Assembly (NCBI GenBank): GCA_014905635.1
Contig: JABVCE010000005.1
Location: 496,001 to 560,000, forward strand
Length of the DNA: 64,000 nucleotides
Source: Scenedesmus sp. PABB004
Lineage: Eukaryota
Direction of reading: 5' to 3'
Of the stretch, positions 1 to 13,211 are shown piece after piece (within the stretch, counting starts at the first letter, position 1; every line of letters starts with the position of its first letter). A program made the position numbers and the translations under genes. The notes beneath the pieces are model-generated. The model was not told where the DNA came from. It saw only the letters and a program-made list of their open reading frames with translations, and did no database searches.

Positions 1-3000
1 GCACGCTGACGTGGGAGAGCACGTCGGGCGCGTCGGGCGTGAGCAGCCCCACCACGCCCTCGGGGATCTCCTCCTCGCCTGGGGGAGAGGGGTGGCAGGG
101 CGGCGGCGGCGCAGGGGGCGCGCGGGCATTACTATTCGGTCGACTTCCCGAGCGCGGCGGCGCGGCGTGGCGGCAGCCCCGCCGCCGCCGCCGCCCCCGC
201 GCGCGCGCGCGCGCGTGCGCCGCGGCGCAGGCGCGGGCGGGCACACGCACCGGTGACGTTGTGCACGACCAGGACGGTGGGCTCGTCGTAGACCTTGTCC
301 TGCACCGCGCTCAGGTGGTCCACCACCTCCACCAGGCCCATCACCTCGTGCGGGCTGATCACCTGCGGTTGGTTGGTCGGGCCGGGAGAGAGGCGTGGGA
401 GAGGCGTGACGCGTGTGGGAGCCGCGGGCGGCGGGCGCGGGCACGCGCAGCGGGGCGAGAGCACGGCACGCGCGTGCACGGCGCGGCGGCGGCGCGGCGC
501 GGCGCACCTGCCACGCGCCGAGCTCGGCCGTCTGGCGCAGGCTGGGCTCGATGGCGCTGAGGACGAGGCTGATCGCAAACGCGGGCCCGCCGCGGACGAC
601 CTCCTCCGCAAAGATCTCGACCGCCCAGGGGTCGCACTTGGCGGCGTTGCCGATCGCGGTCGCAAAGGGGCCGATCGTCGACACGATGCGGTCTGGCGAC
701 CGCGTTTGGGGGGAGGCGAGGAGGGCGGCGGCGGGGGGGGGGGGGGAGCGCGCGCGTGCGGGGCAGTGAGCTCGGCGCGCGCGGCGGCGGCGGGCGCGCG
801 GGGCAGGGGCGCGGGAGCCGCGCCCGGCAGCGGGGCACGTCGCGCGCGCCGCGCCGCACCCGACGTCTCGCTGAGCAGGCGGCGCACGCGGTTCAGCACC
901 GCGACCGCCTGCAGCGCCTCCTCGCGGCTCGGGCGGCCGCCGCTGCGCACGCTGCCGGGCAGGCTGTTCCAGGCCTGGCGGGGGCAGGCGGGGGGGGGGC
1001 ACGTTGGTGGGGCGGGGGGCGGGGCGCATTGGTGGGCGCGCGCGGGCCGCGCCGCCGCCGCGCTGCTGCCGCCGCCGGCGCTGCCACACGCGCTGCTGCC
1101 GCCGGCGCTGCTGCCGCCGCCGGCGCTGCCACACGCTGCTGATGCCACGCTGCTGCTGCTGCCGCGCTGCCGCCGCCGCACGCGCTGCCGCGGCCGCCCC
1201 ACCCACCTTGAGGCAGAAGCAGGCCTCCTCGTTGTTGCCCTGGCTCAGGCACAGGTTCTGCAGCAGCGGGCCCATGAACGCCGCCGCGCCAAAGCCTGCG
1301 CGGGCGCGCGGCCGCGCCGTGAGCCCGCCGCGCGCGCGCGCACGCGCGCGCACCGCCCTCTACCGCCGCCGCCGCGCGCCGCAGCCGCGCCGCCGCCGCC
1401 GCCGCATCCGCACCCGCGCTGCCGACGCCGCGCTCTGCGGCGCCGCGGATGCTGTTCTCGAGCGCGACGTCGAGGTAGAGCAGGTCCCGGTTGCCGGCGA
1501 GGCTCGGCGCGATCTCGGTGCGCGCCTCGACCGCGGCCTCGAGGAAGGGCAGGATCTGGGGGCTGTTGATGTGCGTCGTCACGTAGCCGAGGTACCCGCG
1601 CGCGCCGCCGGGCAGGCAGTTGCCGACCGCCGCGGCCGAGGCCTGCAGGTCGGCGCCTGCGCGCGGCGCGGCGCGGGCGTGCGCGGCGGCGCGGGCGCGG
1701 CGCGCGCTCGGCGCCGCGCGCTCGGGCCGACGTGCGCTCGCCGGCGGACCGCGCGCTCCCAGCGCTGGGCGCGCGCTCCGGGCCGCCCACCCCCCAGGCG
1801 CCGCGCACCCGAGTGCACCGCCTTGAGGATGCCCAGGTAGTTCCTGAACTCCCGGATGAGCGGCTCCTTCTTGCCCGACCCAAACCACTCCGGCTCGCAC
1901 ACGATCGGGCGGTCGAACGACTCGAGCCGCTCCCGCGTGATGCCCGCGTCGCTCAGCACGCGCCAGTACGCGCCGCGGTCGCCGTTGGCCTGCGCGCGCG
2001 CGCGCGCGGGGGCGCGGCCGCGGGCGTGGGCCGGCGCGCGGGCGTGGGCCGCCGGCGGCGGGCCGCGGCGCCACGCCCCTGCCGACAGCTCTGTCCGCCC
2101 GACAGCTCCGCCCCCTCGGCAGCTCCACACAGCAGCACCGTGCGCACGCACAGCGTGCGCAGCACGCGCCCACCCACAGCACGCGCAGCGCGCGCAGCGC
2201 GCTCAGCGCGCAGCGCGCACCTCAAGGAATGCGAGGTAGGCGGAGCAGATGGGCACGTCGTCGGGCGTGGTGTTGTTGTGCAGCTTCTGGTGCCACTCCT
2301 CCATCCAGGTGCCCTTCTTCTCGGGGATGTGGTTCCTGCGAGCGCGGCGCGGCACGCACAGCGCGGCGCGGCGGTGAGCGCGGCGGCGCGCGGCGCGCAG
2401 CGCGGTCGCGCGCGGCGGCGCGCGGCGCGCAGCGCCCGCCCTGCGCCGCAGCCGGCGCGCGGTGTCTGCGCGGCCAAGGCAACAAACACGCGCGGCCGCC
2501 CGAGCTCCCCAACGCTGCACGCCCGGCCGCGCCCGCGTGTGCGCGCGTGTGCGGGCTCTCCCCCTCCGCCTCTCACCGGTGCATGATGTGGAGAATCTCG
2601 TCGCGGATGCGCTGCCCGTCGCCGCCGCGGCCGACGCAGCTGAGCATGAGCCGCGCCCACTCCTGCGCCTCGCCGCTCGTCTTGCCGTGCGCGGCCGCGA
2701 TCGTGTGCGTGAGCCGCGCCTGCGCGGCGGAGAGGATGCGCGGCTGCGTGTTGTAGTTGCGCTGCCACGTGAGCTGGCGCGACGCGGAGTAGCGGAGCCA
2801 GACGTATATGTCTGCCATCGCCTCGGTCGTGTCCACCTCGAAGAAACCGTCCAGCACCTGCGCCCGGCAGACGCGGCGCAACGCAGCAGCAGCGTTGCGC
2901 GCACGGCACACAGGCGGCGGCGGCGGCGGGGCGCGGGGCTCGGGCGCGCGGCCGTCGGGTGTTCGCGCGCGCGATGGGGCGGCGCAGCGTGCGCAGCGCG

Positions 3001-6000
3001 CGCAGCGCGCGGGGCGCGCCTCGTTGATGATGTCGGCCGCCTTGTGGTAGCGGTGCATGAGGGTCCAGTGGAAGGTGTTGATCTCAACCTCCGCGATGGT
3101 GCGCTGCAGGTCGTTGGTGAAGCTGCGCAGGGCGCGGCGCGCCGGGCGGCGGCGCGCGGAGTGAGCGCGGGGGGCGCGGGGGCGAGGCAGGCGCGGGGCG
3201 AAGCGCGCGGGGCGTGGGGCGTGGGGCGTGGGGCGCGCGGGGCGCGGGGCTCACGCGGCCATGGGGTCGGCCGCGTCGAGCGCCGCCTCGTCGCGCTTGG
3301 TGGGGATGGGGATGAAAAAGTTGCCGTTGGCGTCGCGGTACCAGCGCGTCTGGTCCGCGCTGCGCGGGGCGCGGGCGCGGGGCGCAGGCGCGGGTGCAGC
3401 GGCGCGGCGGAGAGCACGGCGTGAGGCGGGCGCCGCGGCGGGAGCAGCAGGGCGCGGCGCGCGGCGCGGCGGCGCGGCGGCGCGGCGGCGGGCCGGGCCG
3501 CGGCCGGTCGGTCGGCCCACCTGCGCAGCACGAACGTGATGCCGCCGACGTCGGCGCTGCCGGGCGGGACGGTGATGGTGATGCGCTGCAGCGGGACCTT
3601 GGACCCCGCGATCTCGACGTCGCACTCGTCGTCCTCGCACTCCAGAAAGTCGGTCTCGCACGCGGTGCCGCCCTCGAGCGCGACCGTGTCCTCCGGCCGC
3701 AGCGCGGGCGCCGCGCGGCGCCAGTCGCGCGAGCCTGCGCCGGGACGCGCGCGCGGCGGCGGCGGGACGCGGCAGCGGTCGGCCGGGCGGCGGCGCGCGG
3801 GCACAGGCGCTCGGGCGCGCCGGCGCGCCGGCGCGGGCGTGCGGGGGGCGCGCACCCGGCTTGCTGACGCCCCAGTGCAGCACGAGGTCGTTTGCGTTGT
3901 CTGAGATGAGGCTGATGTGCGTGGGGCCGTCGAGGCCCTCCGGCTGGCGCACGACGCAGAGCAGCTCGCTCTTGCTGCCGAGCTGGAACACGCGGCGCCA
4001 CTTGGTCCCCGGGTCGACCGCCGCCTTCTGCACCAGGAACTCCAGCGGCTTGGCCTTGCGCTCGCGCTTCTCCTTGCTCAGCTCCGGCGCGACGCTCTTC
4101 TTGATCATGGCAAGCGGGTCGCGCTTGGCGGTGCCCATCGACTGCCCCACCTCGACCGGCGGCGGCGGCGGCGGCGCCACGGGCGCGGGCGGCGGCGGCG
4201 GCGCCGCCGCCTTGGCCTCCGCGCCCTTGGCCTTGGCCTCCTTGGCCTTGGCCGCCGCCTTGGCCTCCGCCTCCGCCGCCTTGGCCTCCGCCTGCTTCAC
4301 GCGCGCCTGCGCCAGGTCCTGCTTGCTCGGCGGCTCCTGGCCGGGGTGCTTGAGCCGCCACTCAATCTCGTCCAGCGTCTGCCCGCTGCGCAGCTTGTCC
4401 TCAATCTTCTTCCGCGCCGCAGACCCAAAGTCGGCGCCCTGCGGCAGCGCCGGCGGCGCGGCGGCCCGCGCCGGTCGGCGCCGGCGGGCGCGGCGGCGGC
4501 GCGCGCGCGCCCGGGCCGCGGCGGGCGCGCTGCGGCGGCGGCGCGCGCCCGTGCCGCGGCGGGCGCGCTGCGCCGGCGGCGCACCTGCGGCTTGCCGGCC
4601 TGCTCCCACATCACAAACGCCTGCACCGCGACGAGGCTGTCGGGGATGACGACCGCCGCGTCGGCCTCCGGGAAGTCGCGGCTCGCCACCGGCACTGCGG
4701 CGCGCGGGCGCGCGGGCGCGCGGGCTCGACGCCCCCCGCCGCGCGCTGGCGGGCTGGCCGCGCGCTGGCGGGCTGGCCGCGCGCTGGCGGCGGCGCTGGC
4801 GGGCGCGCGTGCGGCGGGCGCGGCGCGGCGCGGCGCGGCGCGGCGCGGCGCGGCGCGCACCCGTGACGGTCGCGTCGAGGGCCTGCAGGCCGAGCAGGGG
4901 GTCGATGACGTCCATGCGGTAGTTGCTGTACATCATCTCACCGCTCGCGACGCGCTGCAGCTCCGACAGCGGCCTGCGCGCGCGCAGGTGCGCGCGGCGC
5001 GTGGGCGCGCGCGGGCGCGGCGCGCGGCGGCGAGGCCGTGCGGCGCGGCGCGGCGCGGCGCGGCGCGGCGCGCACCGCCCGCCGGCGATGAGCGCCGCCA
5101 TCTCCGCGACCGCGCGCTCGTACTCCTCGTCCGCCTGCGCCTCGCTGCGGTGGGGCCGGCCCGCGTGGTCCCACCGGATCCACGCCCACGTGTCGCACAG
5201 CGCCTGCGGCAGCTGCGCCGGCGGCGCGCCGCCGCCGGCCGCCTTTGCGGGCCGCAGCGGGACGGCGAAGTTGGAGCCGAGGTGGTCGTACCACGTGTTG
5301 GTCGCGTCGTCCTTCAGCACAAAGTTTATGACGTCGCTCGCCTCGTCGCCCGCGAGCCGGATGCGCACGACGCCGTTCCTGCGGCGCGCGCACGCGTGTG
5401 CGCGCGTGAGCGCGCGCGGCGGCCGCGCGCTCGGCCCGCCCGGCGGCGCGCGGCGCGCTGCTGCCGCTGCTGCTGCTGCTGCCGCCGGCGCCGCTGCCGA
5501 CCGCTGCCGCCGGCGCTGCAGACGCCCCGGCGCGCGGCCCCGCGCGTCGCGCGCCGCACTTGAACGGCGTCTGCAGCGCGCGGTCCTTGTACTGCTGCGT
5601 GCCCTCGGGCCGGAACTTGGCGCCCGGCAGGCGCCAGCCGGCCTTGTAGTCCTTGCCGCCCTCCACGCCCCAGTGCAGCAGCAGGCGGCCCGCCTCGACG
5701 TCCGTGCGCAGCTCAATCTCCTGGCCCTCGCTGTCGGCCATGACGGTCACCTGCGGTGGTGCACGCGGCGGCGGCGCGCGTGTCGGCGCGAGGCCCTCTC
5801 CCGACGGAGCTCAAAGCGGCGGCGCAACCGCCGACGCGCTGGTAGGGTTGTTTGCGCCGCGGCTGCGTGCGCGCGCCGGCGGCGCCGGCAGCGCGCCCGC
5901 CGGGCGCCGGCGCGCCGCACGGGGCCCGGGCACGCCGCCCGACCGCCGGCGCGGCGCGGCGCGGCCGCGCGGCGCGGCTCGGCGGTGCGCGCCTTGATGC

Positions 6001-6533
6001 TGCTGCCCCTGGGCAGGTCGAACGTCTGCTCGACCACCTTGGCGGGCCGCTCCGTGGCGGCGACGGCCTGCACGCGCAGCCCCACCCGGCCGGCGCGGCC
6101 GCCCAGGCCGGGCGCGGGGCCTGCGGGCGCGGCCGCGGCGCGCGGCGCGGCGCGGCGCGCTTGCGGCCGCTGCTGCCGCCGCGCGCCGGCGCGCCGTGCA
6201 GAGAGCCCTGGCCCCGCGCGCGGCGCTGCTGATCGCTGCCGGCGAGCTCTCCCGCGCCCGCTCGCGCACCGTGGCGCCCCGTGCCGCGCGGCAGGCCCGG
6301 CCGGGATGCTGCCGAGGCCGCTCCCCGGCGCGCCCGGCCGCCTGGCAGCCTGCGGGCGGTCCCGGCGGCGGCGTGAGGGTGCCTCCGTCCCGCGGCGCGG
6401 CCCGCCGGCACGCTGCGGGGCGCCCACGCGCCGCTGCGCCCGGCGCGCACCTCAGCACGCAGCCGGCGGGCGCGCCCGGCAGCCGGGCCGCGCCATGGCT
6501 GGCCGCGCAGCGATCGGACCGCCCCAGCTGCAT
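1..6533 (-). CDS. GWD1: Alpha-glucan water dikinase (GWD1/R1/SEX1-type), multi-exon, 3' part outside the window
   Basis: Spliced exons give CBM45-like LLLHWGV/LVLHWGV segments, IPDSLVAVQAFVMWEQAGKP, LMHRYHKAADII, WLRYSASRQLTWQRNYNTQPR, GDGQRIRDEILHIMHRNHIPE, WMEEWHQKLHNNTTPDDVPIC and the phosphohistidine motif TPDAPDVLSHVSV at nt 1-80. Likely ATG at 6533 (MQLGRSDRC..., transit-peptide-like). Confidence 0.95.
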
Positions 6534-6918
6534 GCCGGGCGGCCCTGCGGCGCCGGCCGCTGCAGCTGCAGAGGCGTCGAGACGAGCAGCAGGCGGGGCG
6601 CAGGTACTGCGCGTGATCGCTGCAGGGACGACGACGGTGTGGAGGCGGGGGACGGGAGGCGTTGGTGGGCGCGAGTCACGCCTCGGCCGAGACCCGTTCA
6701 ACCGCCTGCTCGCCTCTCTCTGACTGCACTGCCCCCGCTCTCGCCACGCCCACTCGCTCTCATTGCCGGGCTGCGCGGCGGCGCCGGCGATCACGCGCGT
6801 GCTTGCCGCGCGCCGCCGCTCGTGGGTCCCGGCCGGGCACTCTCGGCGGCGCGCTGGCGGGCACCGCCCTGTCGCATTCAGGTCAGCGCTCACACACATT
6901 CACAGCTCAGGGCAGCCC

Positions 6919-6923
6919 TTACA
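6919..6923 (-). promoter_or_regulatory. Candidate TGTAA polyadenylation signal of the hydrolase gene
   Basis: TTACA on the + strand just beyond the stop at 6928. UGUAA is the established chlorophyte poly(A) signal. Confidence 0.5.
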
Positions 6924-6927
6924 CTCC

Positions 6928-8357
6928 TCACTCGCCCCCGCTTTCAGCAGCGGCACCGGGCGGCAGGCCCAGGTCGGCCGCGAGCGCCGCGAGCGCGGCG
7001 CCGGCGTGCGTGTGCAGCAGGCCGTCGTGCGTGCCGTCGGGCACGCTGACCAGCTCCACGCCCCGCCCCGCCGCCGCGGCCCAGGCGGCCACGTCGCCGT
7101 GGGGCTGCACCGCGTCGGCGGTGCCCGCGTACACGCGCACGTGCGCCGGCACATCGTGCGCGTAGCTGAAGCCGAGCGGCCCGTCGCGCTCGACGCACAG
7201 CGCCATGTCGTCGACAATGCCGCGCAGGCTCGGCCTAGAGAGCGCGCGCGGGGCGGGCGGGGCGGGCCGGGGCCGCGGGGGAAGCTCGCCGTGTGCGGGC
7301 TGCGCTGCCGAGCCGGCCGCCGGCGCCGCCGTGCAGCGCCGCCGCTGGCTGGCTCCCGCTCACCCCCATTCCCCGATCATCGCCCGGTACACGCGCTCGC
7401 CGTCTGGGTTGGCCGCAAACGCGGCGCGCTCGGCGGGGCTGCTGCGCGTCATCAGCTCCACGACCGGCCTCGCGCGCGCCTGGCGGGTCACGGCGGGCGC
7501 GGGCAGACGCGCGGTCGGCGCCGCGGCGCGGCGCGGCGGCGCGCCGCGACGCGGCCGCGTGCCCTCGCGCTGGGCGCCCGCGCGCGCCCGACCTGGCGCG
7601 CGACCCAGCTGTTGCTCCAGCCCACGGCCGCCCGCAACAGCGGCAACGGCGCCCACGTCGCGACCAGCGACAGCGCGCCAGCCGGCGCGCCCGGCTCGCG
7701 GCAGCTGCGCGGCACCCAGGGCGACAGCAGCGTGACCTGGGCGCAGCAACGGCGGGCGCGGCGGCCGGGCGCGGTGGTCGGGGGCAGCTCCAGCTCGCGG
7801 CGCCGCGCCGCGCCGCGCAGCGCCGCCGCTGGCCGCGTCACGGCCCAGGCTCACCTTACCGGCGATGCGGTCCCGTGTCTCGTCCGCCCGGGCCGCGGCG
7901 AGGGCGTACATCGTGCCCGCGGACGAGGCGAGGCAGCTGAACCGCGACAGCCCCAGCTGGTCGGCGACCTCTGCGCGGCGCGGCCCGGCGGCGCGCTCGG
8001 CCGGCGCGGCCGAGGCCTGGCCGAGCCCGCCGGCGAGCGAGGAGCAGCGCACAGCACGCTGCGCGCGCCTGCCAGATCGGCGGCGTAGTCGGTCACGCGC
8101 CGCCCCGGCAGCGGGGTCGAGTCGCCGTAGCCCGGCCGGTCGAGGCCGATGAGCTGCAAGCCCAACCGCTCAGCGGCGCGGTGCATCACCAGCGCCTGCA
8201 CGCGGTTCCCCTGGACCGGGTGGAGCCACAGCACCGTGTGGCGGCTCGCGGCGGCGCCGCAGACGCTGAGGCCGACAGCACGGCCGTCCCGCAGCTCCAG
8301 GCGCCGCAGGCTGCCCGGCAGCGCGGCGTGCTGCTGCTGCATGTCGTCGCTCCCCAT
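6928..8357 (-). CDS. Alpha/beta-hydrolase fold protein, multi-exon
   Basis: LRDGRAVG, LIGLDRPGYGDSTPLPGRRVTDYAADL, nucleophile elbow ASSAG, VYAGTAD and a C-terminal GTHDGLL His motif. Confidence 0.85.
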
Positions 8358-8644
8358 CCGCGCGGCGGCGTCTCGCCGCGCGCGGCGGCGTCTCGCCGCC
8401 GCGCGGACGCGTTCCGTGGGTCAGCGTTGCGGCAGCAGCGGCGCGGCAGCGGCGGCGCGGCAGCGGCGGCGGCGCGGCAGCAGCGGCGCAGCAGCAGCGG
8501 CGGCGCAGCGTGCGGGCCTGCGTCCGGGCGCGGCGCGACGCGTGTCAGGAGCACGGCCCAGTGGGGCAGCACGGGCGGGCGGGGCTGGCGCGCAGGCGGG
8601 CAGGGCGCTGGCGCGCAGGGGGCGTTGAACCGCTCGGAGTTGAC

Positions 8645-10457
8645 TCAGCCGCCCAGCGCCGCGGCGATGCCCGCCAGCCGCGCGCTCTCGCCGCCCGCCG
8701 CGGCGACGCTGTGCCCCGCGGCCAGCCACTCGCCGCGCCGGCCCGCCGCGAGGCTGGCGAGCGCGGCCTCGAGGAACGACGCGGCGCTGTCGAGCGCGTT
8801 GCTGGCGCGCACGAGGCGGCCGGCGTAGAAGTGAAGGAACATGGGGACCGCCCGAAAGTCGTGCCGGTCTTGCAGCGCCCGCGACTCCGCGCCGTCGACC
8901 TTGTACACCTGCGCACACGTGCGGCTGGCTGGCCGCGCGCGGCGCCGGCCAGCACGACCTTGGCTGCAGCCAGGGCGTGGCAGGGCGGCAGCGCACCTGG
9001 ATGCGCGCGACGTCCGCGCCGGCGCGCTCCAGGCAGCTGGCCAGGCCGCCGCCGCTGCCGCCACAGACACCGCTGCCGCCGCCAGCGCCGCCCACGACGT
9101 AGGCGGTGCCGGCCCGCTGCGCCTGCTGCTGCTGCGCGCGGTGCAGCTCGTACATCGCCTCTTGCAGCTCTCTGTGCTCGAGACGCATGCTGACGGGGTT
9201 CCAGCTCGCGAGCACCGCGACGGCGAGCAGCGTGTCGCGCGGGCCGCCCGGCCCCAGCAGCTCGTCGAGCTGCCGCACGCTCAGCAGCAGCAGCTTGCGC
9301 CGCCTGCGCGCAACGGGAGCGCCGGCATGGCCAGCCGGCGTGGCCAGCCAGCGTGGGGCGGCGGCGCGGCCACGGCACGCGCGCGGACGGGCGCGCCCAC
9401 CTGAGGGTATACCCCGAGCTCGGCTGGCCGGCCTCGAGCCGCCTCAGCCTGGCCGCCAGCTTCTCCTGCGCGGGGCTGAGGTGCGGGCTGCCATGGGCTC
9501 CCCGGCCGGCGGCGAGCCGGCGCTGCCCCCGGGCCGGCGCAGCGTGCTGAGGCTCGCAATGCGCGCCTGGCCCCTGTCCAGCTCCGCGATCGCTGCCCGC
9601 AGGGGGCTGTCCGGGGCCATCTGCGCCACGAGCGACCGCAGGTTGCCCAGGCCCGGCTGCGGCGTCGCCGTGCGGTGCGGGGAGGGCAGCACATACACGC
9701 TGCCGCTGCTCGCCATGCGCGCACGGATGGCCGCCACGTCCCTGGTCAGCGGCGCCGAGCGGCGGCGGAACTGCCCGACGCTGAAGCGCTCGCTCGGGCG
9801 CCCCGCCGCGGCGGTGAAGGTCGCCGTGATGTGCTGGCGGCCGGCACACTCGACCACCAGCTCGGCGGTCACGGCGCAGCTGCGCGCGGCGGCGATGGCG
9901 GCGGCCTCGGTGCCCGGCGCGCGTGAGACCCCCGAGCCGACCTGCTTGAGCGGGCGCGGGAGGTCGGGCAGCCCGCCGGCGGCGTTCGCGTGCGCGCGCC
10001 GCACGTGATCAGGGGCTCGCCAGCGCCGCGCGGCCAGCTGCCGCGCTGCTCGATGGGGCCCTCGGCGCCGCACAGCATCCAGCCGGCCGCGGTCGTGACC
10101 AGCCTGGCGGCGGCGCGGGGCGCTCGGTCAGCGCAGGGCGAGCGCGCTCCGCCGCACCGCGGCCCCTGCGCGCCCGGCCACTCGCCATGGCCTGCCGCTG
10201 CCCGCATGGCTCACGCTGCCGACGCCGTCCGGGTCGAACGCTGCGAGCACCTGGGCGTCGTCGGTGTCCGCAAAAAAGGTGTGGAACGCGCCGCCCCCGC
10301 TCCTGCACGCAGTCACAGCGACGCGGCCGCTGGGGTAAAGGCGCGTGCCGTCGGCGGCGGGCGAGAGCTCCACCCCACTCGCCGAGCATCGCTGTTTGAC
10401 CGCCGCGCGGCGCCCGGTCCAGACCAGCGGCGTGGCCGCAGGCAAGCGGGGGTGCAT
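8645..10457 (-). CDS. FAM194/C3orf20/ERICH6-like protein with a C-terminal thioredoxin-like fold, multi-exon
   Basis: LYPSGRVAV...FFADTDDAQVLAAFDPDGVGSV resembles the FAM194 domain. VYKVDGAESRALQDRHDFRAVPMFLHFYAGRLV resembles a Trx-like C-terminus. Start uncertain (ATG at 10457 or 10585). Confidence 0.6.
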
Positions 10458-10680
10458 AACCGGAGTGGAGCGCGTGGCGCCAGCCCGCCAAGCGAGCGGT
10501 TGCGCGCCGGCAGTCCAGCGGCCGCAGTGTGCGAGCGGCGGCGCAGACCCGGCGCGCCGGCCTCCGCGCCAGTCTCGCTGTCCATATCGAACGCCGACCA
10601 CCCAGAGAGCGCTCCTCCACGCTACGTCCCCAAGTGCCGCCGCTCACCTGTGGCGCCGCTGCTGCCAGCCACACGCGCCG

Positions 10681-11585
10681 ATGCTCGCGCCGCGCGCCGC
10701 CCGGCCCTTCTCGGCCACGACATCCGCGCCACGCCGCTCCCGCGTGGTCGCGGGAGCGGTGCAGCGGTCGCGCGAGGCCGCCGCGCCGCCGGCGCTCGCG
10801 CAGCTGGCAGCGGCGGGCGCTGCCGCGGCGCTGCTGCTCGGCGGGTCTGCGGGCGCGGCGCTGGCATTCGGCCCCGTGAGCGTCGCCCTGGAGGACATCC
10901 GGGTGCAGCAGGTCGACTGTGAAGGCACGGCGCTGCTCGAGCCGGCGGCAGCAGCTCCGCCGCGCCCGCCGCGCTGCAGCGCCGCCGCAATACCCGCGCG
11001 CCGCGCCCGGCCGCGCCGCCCGCCCGCGCAGCCGGGAACGCCTCGGTCGGCGGCGTGACCTTCTCCGGCGCCAGCTCCAAGGCCGCCTGCCTCGCCGTGA
11101 GCGCCAACGCGATCAACCCCAGCGGGAAGACGCTCTACAACGCCGACGTGTATGGCCGGGCCTACGACGTCAACGGCGAAGCGCTGATCGACGACGTGCG
11201 GCGCGCGCCGCGCGCCGCGCGGCCAGTGCGTGCCGCGCGGCCAGCGCGTGCCGCGTGGCCTGCTGCGGCGGGGTCCGCGCCGGCCCGCCCGCACCCCGCC
11301 CGCGCGCCGCCGCGGCGGGGCCGCGCGCAGACGGAGAACATTCGCATCGCCTACATCGACGAGATCCCCGCGGGCAGCAGCGGCGTGACCTTCCGCCTGA
11401 GCGTGCCGGCGGAGCAGTTCAACCTCGGCCCGCCGCGCCTGGTGGGGCTCAAGGCGACCGGCTTCCCCGGGCGCATGCTGCCCAAGACCGCGGGCGACGG
11501 CGGCCGCGTGAGCGCCGAGGCCGCGGCCGACTGCGAGATCACGGGCGACTGCGACGACCTGGCCGCCGAGGCCGCGATCCGGTGA
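10681..11585 (+). CDS. Conserved cyanobacterial-type hypothetical protein with a bipartite chloroplast/thylakoid-lumen presequence, 3 exons
   Basis: Arg/Ser/Ala-rich transit peptide followed by a hydrophobic stretch ending ALA. Mature part CLAVSANAINPSGKTLYNADVYGRAYDVNG...IDEIPAGSSGVTFRLSVP...KATGF. Introns 10925-11031 (GC-AG) and ~11197-11330. Confidence 0.7.
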
Positions 11586-11688
11586 CGCGCCGCGCGCCGC
11601 GCGGCGGCGAGGGAGGAGGGTAACGGTAACCACTCGTTACCGCGGCCGCGCGTGCCGCGCCGCGCGCTGCGCCGGTCACTGGCCGCGG

Positions 11689-12320
11689 TCAGCTGCCCGC
11701 CTGCGCCGGCAGCGGCAGCGCCTTGCCCCGGTGGTTGACCGAGATGAAGGAGGGCCGGCAGCTGCCATCCTCCATGCTCCTGCGGGGGCGGCGGCGGCGG
11801 CGGCGGCGGCTTGCGCAGGCCGCGCCCGCACGCGCGGCGCCCGGGCAGCGGCCCGTTGGCACGCGCGCCGCGCTCACGGCGCGCCCTTGCTCAGCACGAT
11901 GGGCTTCATGCTACCCGCCAGCATGACGCCACCTGCGGCGGCGTGCCGAGCGCGGGCGCGCGCCGCGTCGGGCCGCGGCCGCGGCCGCCGCGCGCTGCTC
12001 GCGCGCCGCCGGCGCTCGCGCGCGCTGCCGGCGCTCGCGCCGGGCGCGCCGGCGCGTCACCTAGCAGCGCCAGCGCCGTGCCCAGCACCAGCTCCAGCTG
12101 CAGGCCCTGCGGCAGGCCGCTGAAGTCCTGCTGCGTGAGCTTGAGCATGTCGCGGTCTGCGCGGCGCGCAGGGCGGCCGTCGCGGCTCAGGCGCGGCCGA
12201 TCAAGCACGCCCACGCGTTCCCTCAGGTGACCCCGGACCCTCACACTGCGAGACGGCCCAGGCGCAGCGCAGCAGCACGGCGAAGCCCGCCACCGCCACG
12301 AGGCTGCCCTGCGCCGACAT
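11689..12320 (-). CDS. EMC5: ER membrane protein complex subunit 5 / membrane magnesium transporter (MMgT), multi-exon
   Basis: MSAQGSLVAVAGFAVLLRCAWAV, RDMLKLTQQDFSGLPQGLQLELVLG, GSMKPI, RPSFISVNHRGKAL. Two TM segments plus the RPxFxxxNHRG tail. Confidence 0.8.
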
Positions 12321-13211
12321 GGCGCCGCCGCCCCCTCCTCGCCCGTGCGATCAGGTCCGGGGCGCCAGGAGCGGCGGCAGGAGCCAGGCTCGGCGGCGGC
12401 AGCGGCGGCGGCGGCGCGTGCAGCGGCGGCGGCGCGGCGTGCGAGCGCGGTCGGCGGCGGCGGGAGCGAGCCAGAGGTTGCAGGAAGGACAGCAATCACC
12501 GACTTGACGGAGCACACGCCTGCCCGGCGCCGTGACGCATAACACACACGCGCCCAACAGTTCACCGCCGCAGCCCCCAGCCTCCCGGTGCGAGCGCTCG
12601 TAAAGCCCGCGCCGGCGTCGTCGTTGATTGGTGTACACCCTACGTCAAGGGAAGGGCACGCAATGAGCGTGGCGAGTCGTAGAGTACAAGCGCGCCCCCG
12701 TGCGCGCGCGCGGCGTGTGTGTGGCTCATGATGGATGCAGTCCTGGGTCCGCGGCGCGTGGGCACGCCCGCCTGCAGACAAACAAACGCACACTCCAGCG
12801 GGCAACAACGCAACGCAAACTCCGCAGACTGAGTGACAGTGCGCCCACCCCTCTACCGCGGCGGCGGGCCCGCGCAGCGCAGCGATATGCCCCGGCGCGG
12901 CGCGCGCCCCACACACACCCCGCCCAGCAGCAAACCGGTCGGTCGGTCCCCCCCCCCTTCCCCACCGGCGCAGTTGCATTCGTTCGCGCCGGGTGATCTG
13001 CGCGTGCTGCCGCGCGGCGCGCCCTAGGCATGAAATGCGCGCGAGGGGCGGGCGGCCCAGCCCGCAGCGCTGTGTCGCAGTCCGCAATCGGAATCCGCAA
13101 ATCAAACGCCCCGCGGCCGCGGTGCCAAACCAGCCAGACCTGTGACGACCAACCAACCAGAGCGCGCCCCGCCGCGGCGCCGGGCCGGGGGCCGCCGAGG
13201 CGCGCGCGGGC

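Noticed and set aside
12530..13110. Relatively AT-richer intergenic stretch as a possible ncRNA locus
   Set aside because: No tRNA cloverleaf or snRNA/snoRNA box pair recognised. It fits the EMC5 promoter plus the 3' UTR of the upstream gene.
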